Shown: positions 1-16,373, counted from the first letter of the stretch. The stretch is DNA of 64,000 nucleotides from Octopus vulgaris (GCA_951406725.2 OX597827.1:41416001-41480000), one strand, 5' to 3'. Made by a program: numbers and translations. Notes: generated from the letters alone by a model not told the origin.

Positions 1-618
1 GTGTTTATATCTGTTTGAAGTTCCACAGGAATAAGTTCTAAAAAACAGTAGATTAGCTACTTTATATTTATCTTAGGTTGCTAAAATACTCTGTGTAGTG
101 AATAAATATTTATTAATTATTTTGTATCACAACAGAGACGGACGTACAGTATACAAATCAGCCTATTCATTATAAACTAATTTCTATATATGCCACATTC
201 TTTTCTCGGTGCAGATTCTACAATGATACATGAAACCATGTGTACGAGACACAGCATTAACATTTATATTAATATTGATAGTTGTATTTCTACGTGTATG
301 GTTATCAGATTATATGTATATTCATATGTGTTTGTGTGAGTGTGTGTATGTATGTGTGTGTGTATGCGTGTGTCTGTGTGTGTTCGTGTGTGTGTGTAAG
401 TATATGGAAATGCATGCATGTATGTATGTATATATTTATTTGTGTGAATATGTATGTTTATGCATATAATAAGAAAACCTGTATATGTATAAATTAGTGT
501 ATTTATATAAGTCTATTTTATGTGTGCGCGTGTGTGTGAGTATGTATATATATAGCGCCCTCGCGTCGATTCGATTCGATTCGTTCGTTTCGTTCCGTTC
601 TTCTTCTTCTCCAAGTAC

Positions 619-679
<61 letters not shown>

Positions 680-819
680 TATGTATATGTATATATACAA
701 TAAAAACTGTATATATAAATTTGCTTATATATTTATACATCAGGTGGTGCTATGAAGCTAGACACGACCTGGGTCAGTCTTTGGCTGAAGCATTTCTAAG
801 TTACCTAAGTTATATGCAT

Positions 820-868
<49 letters not shown>

Positions 869-1084
869 AACATACATACACGCATGTACATATATATATG
901 TATATATATTTATATTTACATTTATATATATGTATCTATATGTTTGTGTGGATGTATATATATATATATATTGTATGTTATATATACATATATATGCATA
1001 TAAATACATAGATACATACATAGACACATATATACATTCACATACATTTATTTGTATGCGTACACATACACACACATGTACAGG

Positions 1085-1118
<34 letters not shown>

Positions 1119-1981
1119 TGTATGTATGTATGTATGTATGTATGTATGTATGTATGTATGTATGTATGTGTGTGTGTATGTATGTATGTATGTATGTATG
1201 TATGTGTGTGTGCATTGTATATTTTATGGATATATGCTTGGAAGAAAAATGTTTGGAGAGAGAGAAGGAGAGAGAGAAAGAGGGGGGAGAGATGGAGAGA
1301 GGAACGTTAGAGGGAAAGAAGGAAAGAAAGAAGTAGAAAGGAAGCAAGTGGATGAAAGGAGAGAAAGTTGCGTTGAAAATGATGGAACTTTTATTGTACA
1401 CACATACACACAGCCATACATCTAAACACACACACACATACATACACACACACACATACATACACTCACACACTCACACATACACTCTCGTTTCTCACAG
1501 ATACACACACGCAAACACAAACACACACGCACACGCACACACACACGAGCACACACTCATACAACAAAATTTTGCGATTGTGAATTCTGGAAAAAGCCAA
1601 ATGAATGTCAAAGTAAAAAGAAAAAAAAGAAGAGAAAAAGAAATCGAAGAGGAGAACGAAATGAGAAAGAACGAAAAGAAATAAAAAGCAAAAAAAAAAC
1701 AAAAAAAAAAACAAACCAAACAAGCCAAAAAAAAAAAAAAATACCGCCAAAACACGAAGCTAAGATTTCACAAAGGTTACATGTAAAATACGAAATGGAG
1801 AAACATGCCGAATGAAAATGTAAAAGTTCAACGAAGTGAAAAGAACTTTGATCAGTATCGATTTCTGACATAGGCACAAGAGTCCGAAATATTTGGCGAA
1901 GAGGTAAGGTCATTTTTATATTCGACCTTGCTGAAAGACGAAACCGACCTCGGCGTCGTTTGAACACAGATCGTAAAGAGC

Positions 1982-2105
<124 letters not shown>

Positions 2106-2840
2106 AACGAAAAATTTTAAAGCCCAATCCGTTTTATCCGGCATTCCATTAATTCTTCCAATCCACCGAACTTCTTCGGTTAATAAGGATTTCTGACATT
2201 TGCACGAAGTCACACACATTTTTGAGTGGTGGTGGTGATGGTGGTGGTGGTGGTGTTTGTGGTGGTGGTGGGGTGGGTGGGGGTTGTGGGTGGTGATGGT
2301 AGGGTGGGGTGGTGGTGGTGATGGTGGTGGTGGTGATGGTGGTGGTGGTGGTGGTGATGATGATGATGATGATGAAATGGGGTGGTGGTGGTGGTGGTGT
2401 TTGGGGTGGTGGTGGTGGGGTGGGTGGGTGTTGTGGGTGGTGATGGTAGGGTGGGGTGGTGGTGGTGGTGGTTATGGAGAGGTTTGGGGTGGTAGTAATG
2501 GGTGGGGGCGAGACAGGGGGGTGTTGTGTGGTGGGGTCGGGGGGATTAGAATAGTCGATTAGATCGGATCCATCACTGCGTTTGATTTGCAGTTTTTATT
2601 TCATCAATACACCCGCAAAGGATGAAAAACAAAGCTTGACCTCGAAGAAATTCGACCTCCCACTCACCCCACCACCAAAATGTAGAGTGGAATGGAGGAA
2701 GGGGAGGGAAGAGGTAAATGGGAGACTGATTTTAGAGGGAGATGGTTGCTGCTTTTTCTAGCAGCTCTAGCAAACCACGTAGAAGCTTACTCAGTTGGTT
2801 CGAATAATTCTCTATAAACCAATTCTCCCCAACGACCGAG

Positions 2841-3320
2841 CTGCAGACCAGTATTGGGCCATGAAATATTTGGTACCGGGCCGCGGACCAGTTTTGGGCC
2901 ATGAAACATTTGATACCGGGCCGCAGACCAGTATTGGGCCATAGGTCATTTGATACCGGGCTGCAGACCAGTATTGGGCCATGGATCATTTGGTATCGGG
3001 CCGCAGACCAGTATTGGGCAATGGATCATTTGGTACCGGGCCGCAGACCGGTATTGGGCCATGGATCATTTGGTGCCGGGCCGCAGACCAGTATTGGGCC
3101 ATGGATCATTTGGTACCGGGCCGCAGACCGGTATTGGGCCATAGATCATTTGGTACCGGGCCGCAGACCAGTAATGGGTCATGGATCATTTGGTACCGTG
3201 CCGCAGACTAGTATTGGACCATGGATCATTTGGTACCGGGCTGCAGACCGGTATTGGGCCATGGATCATTTGGTACCGGGCCGCAGACCGGTATTGGGCC
3301 AATAATCATTTAGTACCGGG
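2841..3320 (+). repeat. Minisatellite, 12 x 40 bp (CCGCAGACCAGTATTGGGCCATGGATCATTTGGTACCGGG)
   Basis: Units start every 40 bp from 2841 to 3281, with substitutions only and no spacers. Confidence 0.97.
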
Positions 3321-3357
3321 TTACACCGAAATAATAAATTTTAAAATTTTGAGTTGT

Positions 3358-3576
3358 ATTGGTTTCAAATTTTGGTACAAGATCACCAATTGCGGGGAAG
3401 GGCGGGGGAAGTCGATTACATCAACCCCAGTACTTAACTGGTACTTATTTTATCGACCTCGAGAGGATGAAAGGCAAATTCAACCTCGGCGGAATTTGAA
3501 CTCATAACGCGAAGACGGACGAAATCCCGCTCAGCATTTCGCCCGGCCTGCCAACGATCTTGCCGGTTCACCGCCT
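3358..3576 (-). mobile_element. SINE family B (tRNA-like head, 'cctttcatcc..ggtcgataaa..agtacc' core)
   Basis: Homologous to copies at 6843, 19605 and 63463. B-box-like GAGTTCAAATTCC on the minus strand. Confidence 0.8.
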
Positions 3577-4097
3577 TTTTGAGTAAGATTATATTGACTA
3601 TCACAGTCTGCGGAGTGAGATTTTGCATTATATATACGTTATATATGTAAAAAGGCGGCGAGTTGGAAGAATCGTTAGCACGCTGGGCGAAACGCTTAGC
3701 GCTATTTAGTCCGTCTTAACGTTCCAACTTCAAATTCTTGGAATCACATCTTTCTGTCGACCCAGTGTAGGAGAGTAGGCTCATCAAAGCGGTATGATCT
3801 CAAGCTTAAATTCACAGCCTGTACATCAGATTGTAGCTGGTGGAGAGAACATGCTGAGTTCCTTCGTCACGCAGTAGACAGAACATAAGCAATAGAAACC
3901 AACATATGTAATAATCAAATTATATGTTATGCACTTTATTGTGTTTTATTATGCGCTAGATCCTCTGGCCTGTGGAAGAATTGTCTTGCATGACACCGGT
4001 CTATGGTGCAGAAATGGTTGGGAACCGGTGCAGTAAATGACAGGACTGCTTTCTGTCGCAAGGTAATTTGTCTGACGCTCTACGAATTCTGCCAAAA

Positions 4098-4131
<34 letters not shown>

Positions 4132-4477
4132 TAAAAAAAAACAACATATGCATATATATAAACATATATGTACGTACCTACCTCTACATGTACATATACA
4201 CGCATATATGAGTACAGGACACCAAAAAGACGTCGAACACAATGAGAAACGAAAACATAGACACAAACCAAAGGAACTGGACATTTTTTAAACAACAAAA
4301 AAATAGAGTACAGGACAATTAACACAAAGAAAAAACCCCTTCTTCAGTCGCTATGGTTTCATCTACTCTACGTTTCGAAGGTAAAAGCGAGACGTATCTT
4401 CGACAATAAACTTTCCTTCCTGCGAAAAGCAAATCAATTAAAATTCTGAGATCTTTTCGCAGAGGGGTAAAAAATGG

Positions 4478-4525
<48 letters not shown>

Positions 4526-4529
<4 letters not shown>

Positions 4530-4700
4530 AGAGTTTACGAAAAAAAGACAAAAGACGAAGACAGGCGGTGTATAAAACAAACAGATGTATTAGTATAACG
4601 CTCAGGAATAGAAAAAAGGCTTTTACGTTTCGAGCCTACGCTCTTCTACAGAAAGGGACACAGAAAAAACAAGGAGAGAAACAAGGAGAGAAAAAAGGGC
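4526..4700 (-). mobile_element. Short HHR-bearing element family C (Penelope-like, non-autonomous)
   Basis: Homologous to 6192-6452, 31846-32043 and 43050-43232. Ends in a (TA)n tract. Confidence 0.65.
4620..4655 (-). ncRNA. Minimal type I hammerhead-like motif, A6U variant
   Basis: Minus strand reads CTTT-CTGTAGA-A-GAGC GTAG GCTC-GAAAC-GTA-AAAG. Confidence 0.55.
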
Positions 4701-4702
4701 GC

Positions 4703-4750
<48 letters not shown>

Positions 4751-4860
4751 ACAATAGAGACGGCTATTGTGAGCAAAATTAAATACTGCAAAAAAAAAAA
4801 CCCCCAGCTTTTGGCCAAATTTGGACGTACAACGAATTAACATAATAGCAACGATATATA

Positions 4861-5098
4861 CAGGTTTGGCCAAAAGTTACTCGACAGTAAATCAAAACTT
4901 CCATAAATACTAAATAGTCAATTTTATTCATTCATTCCAATTATGAATGTTTAATAAGTGAATGCTGTGAGTTAAAATCACCGTCCCCCACCAACATTTG
5001 TCTATCTATTAGCGAAGTGTCATATAAAATAATGTTTTGTTTTAATCTTGGAATTAAATGGTTCTGATTTACTGTCAGGTGACTTTTGGCCAAACATA
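4861..5098. mobile_element. Tc1/mariner-type MITE
   Basis: 34-bp TIRs CAGGTTTGGCCAAAAGTTACTCGACAGTAAATCA (4861-4894) and TGATTTACTGTCAGGTGACTTTTGGCCAAACATA (5065-5098), flanked by TA. Confidence 0.85.
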
Positions 5099-5111
5099 TA
5101 TATATATCTGG

Positions 5112-5197
5112 ATTTTCCTGAAGAGAAGGCTGCAAAATGGACTCCTTATTCAATCCGAATTAGGGACTTTGCAGCCTTTGAAACATATATAGAAAAT
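5112..5197 (+). ncRNA. Type I hammerhead ribozyme with one stem III mismatch
   Basis: Stem I ATTTTC/GAAAAT; core CTGAAGA (5118-5124); 12-bp stem II GAAGGCTGCAAA/TTTGCAGCCTTT; GAAAC (5180-5184), ATAT loop, ATA triplet. Confidence 0.75.
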
Positions 5198-5403
5198 AAT
5201 AAAAAGGAATTTTGTTAAATCTTCGTTCAGCTCCATTTCTTCCTACACTAAATATATAAAACTTCAAATTTCCGCACTAAGGCACGGATTTTAGGCCCCA
5301 TGATCGTAACCTCAACCGTGCTTTTTCTGTTGTGATTTTTGCTACCCAGGTATCGGTTATCATTTGAATAATCGTAATAAGATAATTCATTTATCTACTT
5401 CAA

Positions 5404-6191
<788 letters not shown>

Positions 6192-6448
6192 AAGGGCAAG
6201 TTTACGAAAATAAACAAAAGACGAAGGCAGGTGGTGTACAAACAAACAGATGTATTAGTATAGCGCTCAGTAATAGAAAAAGTCTTTTACGTTTCGAGCC
6301 TACGCTCTTCTACAGAAAGATATACAGAAAAAAAAAACAAGGAGAGAAACAAGGAGAGAAAAAAATGTGTGTAGTAGCTAACGATCTATCATGGCGTCTG
6401 ACTTCGGACAGAATGGTCAAACGGGAGAGGGGAAGTAGGGGAGATAAC

Positions 6449-6452
<4 letters not shown>
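6192..6452 (-). mobile_element. HHR-bearing element family C; A6U HHR-like motif at 6284-6319
   Basis: Same 36-nt motif as 4620-4655, flanked by (TA)n on both sides. Confidence 0.65.
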
Positions 6453-6487
<35 letters not shown>

Positions 6488-6827
6488 TCTTTTACTTGTT
6501 CCAATCATTTGACTGCGGCCATGCTGGAGCACCTCCTAAAAGGGTTTTTTATTCGAAGAAATCGACACCGGGACTTATTCGTTGTAAACTTAATACTTAT
6601 TCTATCGGTCTCTTTTGTCGAACTGTTAAGTTACGGGGAAGCACACACACACACACACATATACACGACGGGCTTCTTTCTGTTTCCGTATACGAAATCC
6701 ACTCACAAGATTTTAGCCGGCCTGAGGCTATAATAGAAGACACTTGCCCAAGGTACCGCGTAGTGGGACTGAACCCGAAACCATGTGGTTGGGAAGCAAG
6801 CTTCATACCACACAGCCACGCCTGCAC
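6488..6827 (-). mobile_element. SINE family A (tRNA-like head, CORE-like 'ccttgggcaagtgtctt', internal (TA)/(CA) microsatellite, AAAAGAGT tail)
   Basis: Homologous to many copies across the window. Confidence 0.88.
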
Positions 6828-6842
6828 GTATACATATATATA

Positions 6843-7313
6843 TTCTTTTCTACTCCAGGCACAAGGCCCGAAATTTTGGGGGAGGGGGGCCAGTCGATTA
6901 GATCGACCCCAGTACGCAACTTGTACTTAATTTATCGACCCCGAAAGGATGAAAACCAAAGTCGACTACGGCGGAATTTGAACTCAGAATGCAGCGATGG
7001 GCGAAATACCTAAGGTAGCGACAGACGAAATACTGCTAAGCATTTCGCCCGGCGTGTTAACGTTTCTGCCAGCTCGTCTCCTTTATTAATACCTATATCT
7101 TTACTACCTACAAGGGGCTAAACACAAAGAGGACAAACAAGGAAAGACAAACGGATTAAGTCGATTATATCGACCCCAGTGCGTAACTAGTACTTATTTA
7201 ATCGACCCCGAAGGGATGAAAAGCAAAGTCGACCTCGGCGGAATTTGAACTCAGAACGTAGCGGCAGACGAAATACTGCTAAACATTTCGCCCGGTGTGC
7301 CAGCTCGCCGCCT
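6843..7313 (-). mobile_element. Two adjacent SINE family B copies (6843-7082 and 7097-7313)
   Basis: Both carry 'atcgaccccgaa(a/g)ggatgaaa..aaagtcgac..cggcggaatttgaactcagaa'. The second has a different 3' tail. Confidence 0.85.
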
Positions 7314-7387
7314 TCGTATACATATATATTAGATTATCTAATAAGTGTATACATTTGCGTACATGCAAATATGTATATATGTATGCA

Positions 7388-8604
<1,217 letters not shown>

Positions 8605-8605
8605 A

Positions 8606-8669
<64 letters not shown>

Positions 8670-8686
8670 AATCTATCTATCTATCC

Positions 8687-8741
<55 letters not shown>

Positions 8742-8751
8742 CTATCTATCC

Positions 8752-8808
<57 letters not shown>

Positions 8809-8866
8809 CCTACCTATCTATCTCTATCTATCTATCTATCCATCTATCTTTCTATCTATCTATCTG

Positions 8867-8922
<56 letters not shown>

Positions 8923-8986
8923 CCTACCTATCTATCTCTATCTATCTATCTCTATCCATCTATATTTCTATCTATCTATCTGTCTG

Positions 8987-9061
<75 letters not shown>
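8606..9061 (+). repeat. (TATC)n microsatellite
   Basis: Directly visible. Confidence 0.97.
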
Positions 9062-9062
<1 letters not shown>

Positions 9063-9235
9063 GGTGTGAATGTATATTTGCCTCTGTAAGTGTATGTATG
9101 TATGCATGCATGAATGAATATATGCATATAATTTATAATTGCAGGAGTGTATCTGTGTTTCTGTTCATGATGACGACGTTTGGTTGTTCGGAACAGCGTG
9201 TTGATGTATTGTGTTCATTGGCGCGTATGCAATCG

Positions 9236-9283
<48 letters not shown>

Positions 9284-9336
9284 TATATATACATATACAT
9301 TACATACATACACAGACACACATATATATACATACG

Positions 9337-9367
<31 letters not shown>

Positions 9368-9433
9368 GTGTGTGTCAGTGCGTCTGTGTGTGTGCGTGCA
9401 TGCGTGCATGTGTGTGTGTGAGAGTGTGTGTGT

Positions 9434-9473
<40 letters not shown>

Positions 9474-9732
9474 ACGTGCGTATGTGTAAATTCAATTTTG
9501 TCACGGACGAAATGTTGTTCCAGTGAAGTATAAAAGTCTTCACAGCAAGCACCTGCAGCACACTTGTACGAAAACACACACATTCACGCACACACACACG
9601 CACGCACGCACGTATACACACACACACACACACACACATGCACATTCACATACAACCGCATACAAGCATACAAACACATGCAGAAGCACGCAAGAACACC
9701 CACGCATACATACAAACACATACACCAAGAAA

Positions 9733-9766
<34 letters not shown>

Positions 9767-9911
9767 TATGAACACACACATAAACACGAATATAAGAACA
9801 TATACAGCACATACATACACATATGCACGCTTAAATACAGAATATCTTTACGCTCGAACTAATCAGATGTAATCTCGTTTTCAGCATCGAAAGCTCATAT
9901 TTGTGGGCTTG

Positions 9912-10365
9912 TCGTCATCATCGTCATCATCGTCATCATCGTCATCATCGTCATCATCGTCATCATCGCCATCATCTTCATCGTCCCTGATGTGGTGGTG
10001 GTCGGCGTCGTCGACGTCATCTCATGGTAGGTGGTAGTGGCGGCGTCGTCATCGTGTCCGTTGTCGTGGTCGTCTTCATCGTCTCTATAATCGTCCTGAC
10101 TTTCACTAATATCGTGAACGCCATCATTGTCGTCCACACCACCACCACCACCACCACCGCCGCCGCCGTCACTACCACTTTTAGGTGAATAAAAAAGCCG
10201 GACGAAGTAACGAACCGGTTGGACAATCAGGAAGATCGAGCAGAAGTGGCAAATGCCTACCTACCTACCTACCTACCTACCTACCTACCTACCTACATCT
10301 TCGTCATCATCGCTATCATAATCACCACCACCACCACCACCACCAACAACAACATCATCACCATC

Positions 10366-10461
<96 letters not shown>

Positions 10462-10520
10462 TCCACCACAACCACCACCACCACCACCACCACCATCATC
10501 ATCATCAACATCATCATCAA
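9912..10520 (+). repeat. Compound (CAT)n/(CAC)n/(CTAC)n simple repeats
   Basis: Directly visible; explains the poly-His/Ile/Met ORFs. Confidence 0.9.
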
Positions 10521-10779
10521 TTCCTGGACAATACTGTCTCGAGTCCTTGGACTCATAGATCCGTTTGCCCGGTTTTCACAACAGATCCTCTGAACGGGAC
10601 AGTCTCTTGCAGCGTTACTCATTTTCAGCTGAGTGAGTTGGAGCAACGAGAAATGAAGTGTTCTTTTACACAAAAACACCACCCGGCCCTAGAATCGAAA
10701 CAACGATCGGCGGACCGTGAGTGCTATCGTGCTCTGACCACTAGAACAATCGTCTTCTGTACAGTACTTTCATAACATG

Positions 10780-10990
10780 TTGGTTCTAAAGTTTGGCACA
10801 AAGCCAGGAATTTCGGGAGAGGCTGCTATGTCGATTACATCGATCCCCAATATACAACTGGTACTTATTTTATCGACCTAGAAAGGATGAAAAGCAGTCA
10901 ACCTCGGCGAAATTTGAACACAATACGTAAAGCCGGACAAAACGCCATTAAATGTTTTTCCCGGCGTGCTAACCATTCTGCCAGCTCAGG
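10780..10990 (-). mobile_element. SINE family B, diverged
   Basis: 'ggtacttattttatcgacctagaaaggatgaaaagc..cctcggcgaaatttgaac'. Confidence 0.75.
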
Positions 10991-12334
10991 GCCTTTCCCT
11001 TCCCTCCGTAATATATTACCACCTGATCGTTGTGTGTTGTCGGTGATCACATTTGTTCGGATCGGAGCATCTGGTCTGTCGCTTCTTAGAGAAGGAATGG
11101 AGTCTCTCAGATCAGAAGGCTCATCTACTACTGACATCAGGGTCAGGATGCCGTGGCTAATGATAACCGAATATGTTATGAGGCAGAAGAAAACAGAGGC
11201 TCCCGGGCGATGATCAAGTGTGTACGTGTTTTTATTAGGTGCGTCTTTCTGCAGCTTGTTACTTTGAATGTGCTGCAATTGTGAGTCCAACGTTTGACAT
11301 GTGGAATATTGTCAGGAACTCATAGGCTAACCACCTGTAGGAGTATGCAACAGGTGGGATGTCAACCGTAACATTTTATGGAGGGTTGGTGGTAGGCCTG
11401 AGCGATAATGTTCTGGGGGATGATTTGCGAGTTGGGGAAGATTACCAAATGAACTTTTAAGGCCGGGGATTATGAACAATTAATGGCAGTGCTATCGAAG
11501 TCATTTCCGCTTGAGGGTAAACCTTAAAGCTATACCAACTAGCAGATATATCAATGAAATGAGTCGGATTTGTTAATGATGCATGGACAATCCCAAAACT
11601 GTTTCTCAAGCTTTCATTAATGGATCATACACGTCTGTTTGATTTTGATGCTTGTATCTAAGGCTAAACAACAACAATAGCAACACGAACAACGGCAACA
11701 ACAGCAACATTAACGGCAAAAAAACCCCATAGCAACGATGACAACAGGGATTCAACAAAAGAGACCCTCGAAAAAGCAGCCAGACTTATCTACATTACAT
11801 CCTATGCGCTTAAATGAGGAAAGGACGCGTTGAATAATGTAGTCCTAAATACTCCCGAAAAAGAAGGGATCAGCATGGCTGGAATGCCTTTGATCTTTGA
11901 TCAGAACGAGTGAAATTGACCAAGACCGAATTTGACAAATTCAAATTAATACACTTCTAATAACAGGGGTTGTTTCATATTCATTAATCCAGTTAAGATT
12001 CTTAAAGTTTACTGCATCATGTATACAGTAGAATGTATTTGGATGAAAAAATTAAACGAAGAAAAGTAAAGAACCTGATTTTATTTAAGAGACACAGGTA
12101 TAAGTTAATAAACTTCTGTTGCAGCACTAGAAGCAACAACAAAAACGACAATTATAAAAAAAAAACAAAAAAAGACAACAAACATTATATAACTGCTGCA
12201 AGAAAAACTAGACATACTTTTCGTATGTAGCTTAGCAAGAAATATATACGTAGTTGTGTCTCTAAGCATTGACGATCCAAGCACACAAGATCAACATCCT
12301 TGTCTTTAGTTTCATGTAAGAATAGGTGGGTCTA

Positions 12335-12918
12335 TGACTTTCTTACTATTGTTGTTGACGTTGCTGTGTCATCGTTGTTGCTACTGTTGTTGTTATTGCT
12401 GTTGCTGCAATAGTCGTGTTATCGTTGTCATTGGTGACGTTGTTGTTGTTGTTGGTTGTGACATTGCTGTTGTTGGTTGTGACGTTGTTGTTGTTGGTGA
12501 TAGTGCTGTTGTTGCTGTTTCTTTGTTGGTGACGTTGTTGTTGGTGATTTTGTTTTTGTTGGTGCCGTTGTTACCATTGTTGTTCCTACTTATTATTGTC
12601 ACTGTTGTTGCTGTTCCTACATGTTACCACCATTGACGTTGTTGTTACAGTTGTTATTATTGTTGTAGCTACATGTTCCTGTTGTTGACGTCAGAGTTGT
12701 TAGTGTTGTTGTAGCTGATGATGAAACCTATATTGTTGACGTTGTTCTTACTGTTGGTACTGAGGACACTGTTGATAGTTCGATCCCTGTTGTTGCTGTT
12801 GTTATTTTTGTTGACTTTGTTAATGATACTGTAGTTAATGTTGGCTGTTGCTGATTTCGACTGTTACCAGTTTTCATCATCATCGTCTACTACTATTACT
12901 GTCGTTGCTGCTGCTGCA

Positions 12919-12975
<57 letters not shown>

Positions 12976-13099
12976 GTTTTTGCTGCTGCTGCTGTTGCTG
13001 CTGCTGCTGTTGCTGCTGTTGCTGCTGTTGCTGCTGCTGCTACTACTACTACTACTACTACTAGTACTACTACTGTCGTTGCTGCTGCTGCTGCTGCTG

Positions 13100-13139
<40 letters not shown>

Positions 13140-13177
13140 CACTACTGTCGTTGCTGTCGTTGCTGCTGCTGCTGCTG

Positions 13178-13224
<47 letters not shown>

Positions 13225-14010
13225 GCTGCTACTGCTGCTGCTGCTAGTGTTGCTGCTGTAGACACTTCTATTGTTGCTTTTGGTTAGTGTTGTAACTGTC
13301 GTTGGCGTTGCGACTGCTGCTGCCGCTGCTGCTGCCGCTGCTACTGTTGCTGATATTCTTGTTAATGCTGTTTTTGTTGTTGTTGTCGATATTTTCACAT
13401 CAAAGGACCGATTTTCTTCCTTTATCTGTGATCACACGCCATCTTGTCTTGTTAAAAATCTTTCTTTTTCGAACAACATCATCACACCATCTACCCACCA
13501 CCACCACCATCGCCATCAGCCTCGTCCTCGTCGTCGTAGTAATCACTGTCTCCACCATGACCACTACCACCACCACCACCACCCATTCTTCCTTGCTTCA
13601 AGGTGCAGAAGAGAGTTTGAGGGAGAACATGGTGGAGACGCAGAACGAGAAGTACTTGAAGAGGGTTGTTACAGTTCTAAAAATATGTCTTGGTGGTTGT
13701 GGTGGCGGTGGTGGTGGGAATGGTGACGACGGTGGTGATGGAGGTGGCGACGGTGATTGTTGGTGGCGGTGCTGGTGAGAGTGGTTGTGATGATGGTGGT
13801 GTCGGAGGTGATGCTAGTGGTGGTGGTAGCTGTGGTGATGCTGGTCATGACAGTGAGGGCAGTGATGATGGTGGTGGTGATGGGCGGTGTTAGTGATGGC
13901 GCTGTTGGTGATGGTGATGATGGTGATGGTAGTGATGGTAGTGATGGTGCTGGTGGCGGAGGTGATGATGGTGATGGTGACAGCGGTGGAAATGAAATAA
14001 CACTGATGCT
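12335..14010 (+). repeat. Low-complexity trinucleotide block (GTT, CTA, GCT, GGT, GAT)
   Basis: Directly visible. Confidence 0.9.
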
Positions 14011-15453
14011 GGTTGTTGCTTTTGTCGACCCTTAGATCAACCCTGATTGGGGAGACTTTATGATTAAAAGCGTTCCAGCCAGCTATTTTAAAAAATATAT
14101 CTAGGGCCAAGTTGATCAACGTATCCCTCCTGTTTCCAATCGGTAATGTATGATTTGAGGGAGATTTGGCTGCTATTTCCAGCAGGTGAAAAGAATACGT
14201 GGGAATTTTTCTTTGTTGGTTCGTGGTAGAAATGATGGGTGGGGGTGATGACAGTGATGGTGATTGGCCATGATGACAGTGGTGATGAAGACGGCAGTGG
14301 AGGTGGTGGTCGGGTGTTAGTGGTGGTGGGGTGGTAGTGGTGGTAGTGCATGGGTAAGTGATAGCGACGGTGCAGGCAGATGGTGGTCAGAGGGGTGGTG
14401 GTGGCGGTTGTGGAGGTTTGTGGTTCTGGTGGTAGTGGTTGTGGTGGTGGCTGGTGGTGCTTTCGTGGGGAGGCACCGTTCGTTAGCAAGCAAAGATGCT
14501 TCAAAAGTATAACGGAAACTGGGACAGGAAGTAGAACAGGAACACCCCCACGCCTCGTACCCCCACCACCTTCGCCACAACCGCTGCCGCCATCTTGCAT
14601 TGAACTTTTTCGACTTCTCTTAGTCTCTCTCTCTCCCTCCCTCCTTTTTTCTCCCCCCTTCTTTTTTCCCTCCCTCCCTCTCTCTCCACCCCTCTCCCTC
14701 CGCCTCTCTCTGTCATTGCCTCTCCCACTTACTCTATGTCTTTTCCTCATCCTCTCCCTCTCTTGCGTTCAATGTTGCCATCTTTGGTTATAGTTGTTGT
14801 CGTTGTTGTGTGTATATATGTGCATGCGCTTTATCTATGTATGCGTGTGCGTGTGTGATAGTATATGTGTGTGTATGTTGGTGTGTGTTGCGATGTGTGT
14901 GTGTGTTTGACGGTATGACGTGCGTGTGCTGGTATGCTGGTATGCGTGTGTAGGTATTTTGTTTGGTTGTGCATGCGTTGATGTGTTTGTGCATGTATGT
15001 GTACGTTGTGTTCGATTTGGCGCGTGTATATGTGTATATATTGTGTAAGTGTGTGTATGTGTATGTGTGTGTGTGTATGTGCAGTGTGTGATGTGTACAT
15101 GTCCGTGTGTGTGTGTGTGTGTGGTGTACCATATGCGTGAGTATGACTGTTATGTGGGAGACGGGAGGTGACAACGTATGTGTGAGTGTGTATGTATGCA
15201 TGCACATATTTATGCATGTATGTATGCACGTATGTATGTACGTATGCTTGTGTATATATCTGTATGCATGTATGCATGTATGTATGTATATATGTACGAA
15301 CATACGTATGTATGCATGCATGTATATATGTATATACGTACGTATGTATGCATGCCTGCATACATGCAGTTATGTATGTGTGTGCGTGCAGACAAAAGGG
15401 TGTGAGTATTTCTGAACGTGTTTCTTTATGTGTGTGTGTGTGTGTCTATGAGC

Positions 15454-15530
<77 letters not shown>

Positions 15531-16090
15531 TGTGTGTGTGTTTGCGTGTGTGAGTGTTTGTTTGTGATTAGGTTTGCGTGTGTGTATGTGAGAGAGAGAG
15601 AAGGAGGGGGAAAGGGAGGGGAGACAGAGCGGAGAGAGAGAGGGAGAGAGAAAGAGAGAGATGGTGAGAATGATTGTGAGAATAAAGTGCGGTCTGGTGT
15701 ATGAGTGCGTGGTGTGTGGGATGGTGGTGTATATATGCCAATATGTGTGTGTCTCTATTTTCGCATACGTTTTCGTGCGCGCATGCGTGTGTTTGTGTGA
15801 GTGCATTTATGTCAATGAGTGTAAGGTGATGTTTGTGAATAATAGACGTCTGTATGAGTTTTGGTATGTATGTGTGTATTAATGTATGTGTGTGTATATA
15901 TGTCTTTCTATGTATGTATTTATGAATGTATGAGTGTATGTATATGTGTGTGTGTATGAATGTACGAGTGTGTGTATGTATGTGAGTGCCCTTGTGTTTG
16001 TCTATGTATGCATGTATGTTTGCATATATGTATGTGTAAGCATGTAGGGATGTCTGTGTGTGTATATGTAGTATATATGTAGTATATATG

Positions 16091-16160
<70 letters not shown>

Positions 16161-16309
16161 GTTCCCAATGTGAAACAAGACGGGGAAAAATAGTACTCGA
16201 ATACCGGAGGCAGAGCAATATGCTTCGTCATTATTAAAACAGAAAAAAATAGATAAATCGAAAAAGCAAGTTACAGTGGGTAAAACATAAACGGCACAGG
16301 TAGTATGTT

Positions 16310-16349
<40 letters not shown>

Positions 16350-16373
16350 CCTTGGACCTTTCCTTTTTCTATG

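Larger units (their letters stand above)
2820..4030 (+). mobile_element. Non-autonomous hAT (Charlie/MER1-like) DNA transposon relic with nested insertions
   Basis: Left end CAATTCTCCCCAAC (2820-2833) and right end GTTGGGAACCGGTG (4017-4030) resemble the CAGTGGTCCCCAAC-type TIR. The 3' subterminal 'tgtggaagaattgtcttgcatgacaccggtctatggtgc' is Charlie-like. The 8-bp flanks CTATAAAC and CAGTAAAT match at 5/8 with a central TA. Confidence 0.7.

Noticed and set aside
230-1755. Numerous YI/CV/HT/MYVC-repeat ORFs here and throughout the window
   Set aside because: Stop-free translations of di- and tetranucleotide microsatellites.
2841-3320. CRISPR-like regular array or coding repeat ORFs
   Set aside because: Contiguous 40-bp units with no unique spacers, no cas genes and a eukaryotic context. 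The unit length is not a multiple of 3.
10898-11640. 130-aa minus-strand ORF, possibly a decayed LINE
   Set aside because: No recognisable domain motif, and the ORF runs into a SINE. Left unclassified.
14586-14597. YY1-consensus GCCGCCATCTTG with nearby ETS-like CAGGAAGT
   Set aside because: Isolated short motifs within low-complexity sequence, with no supported downstream exon.
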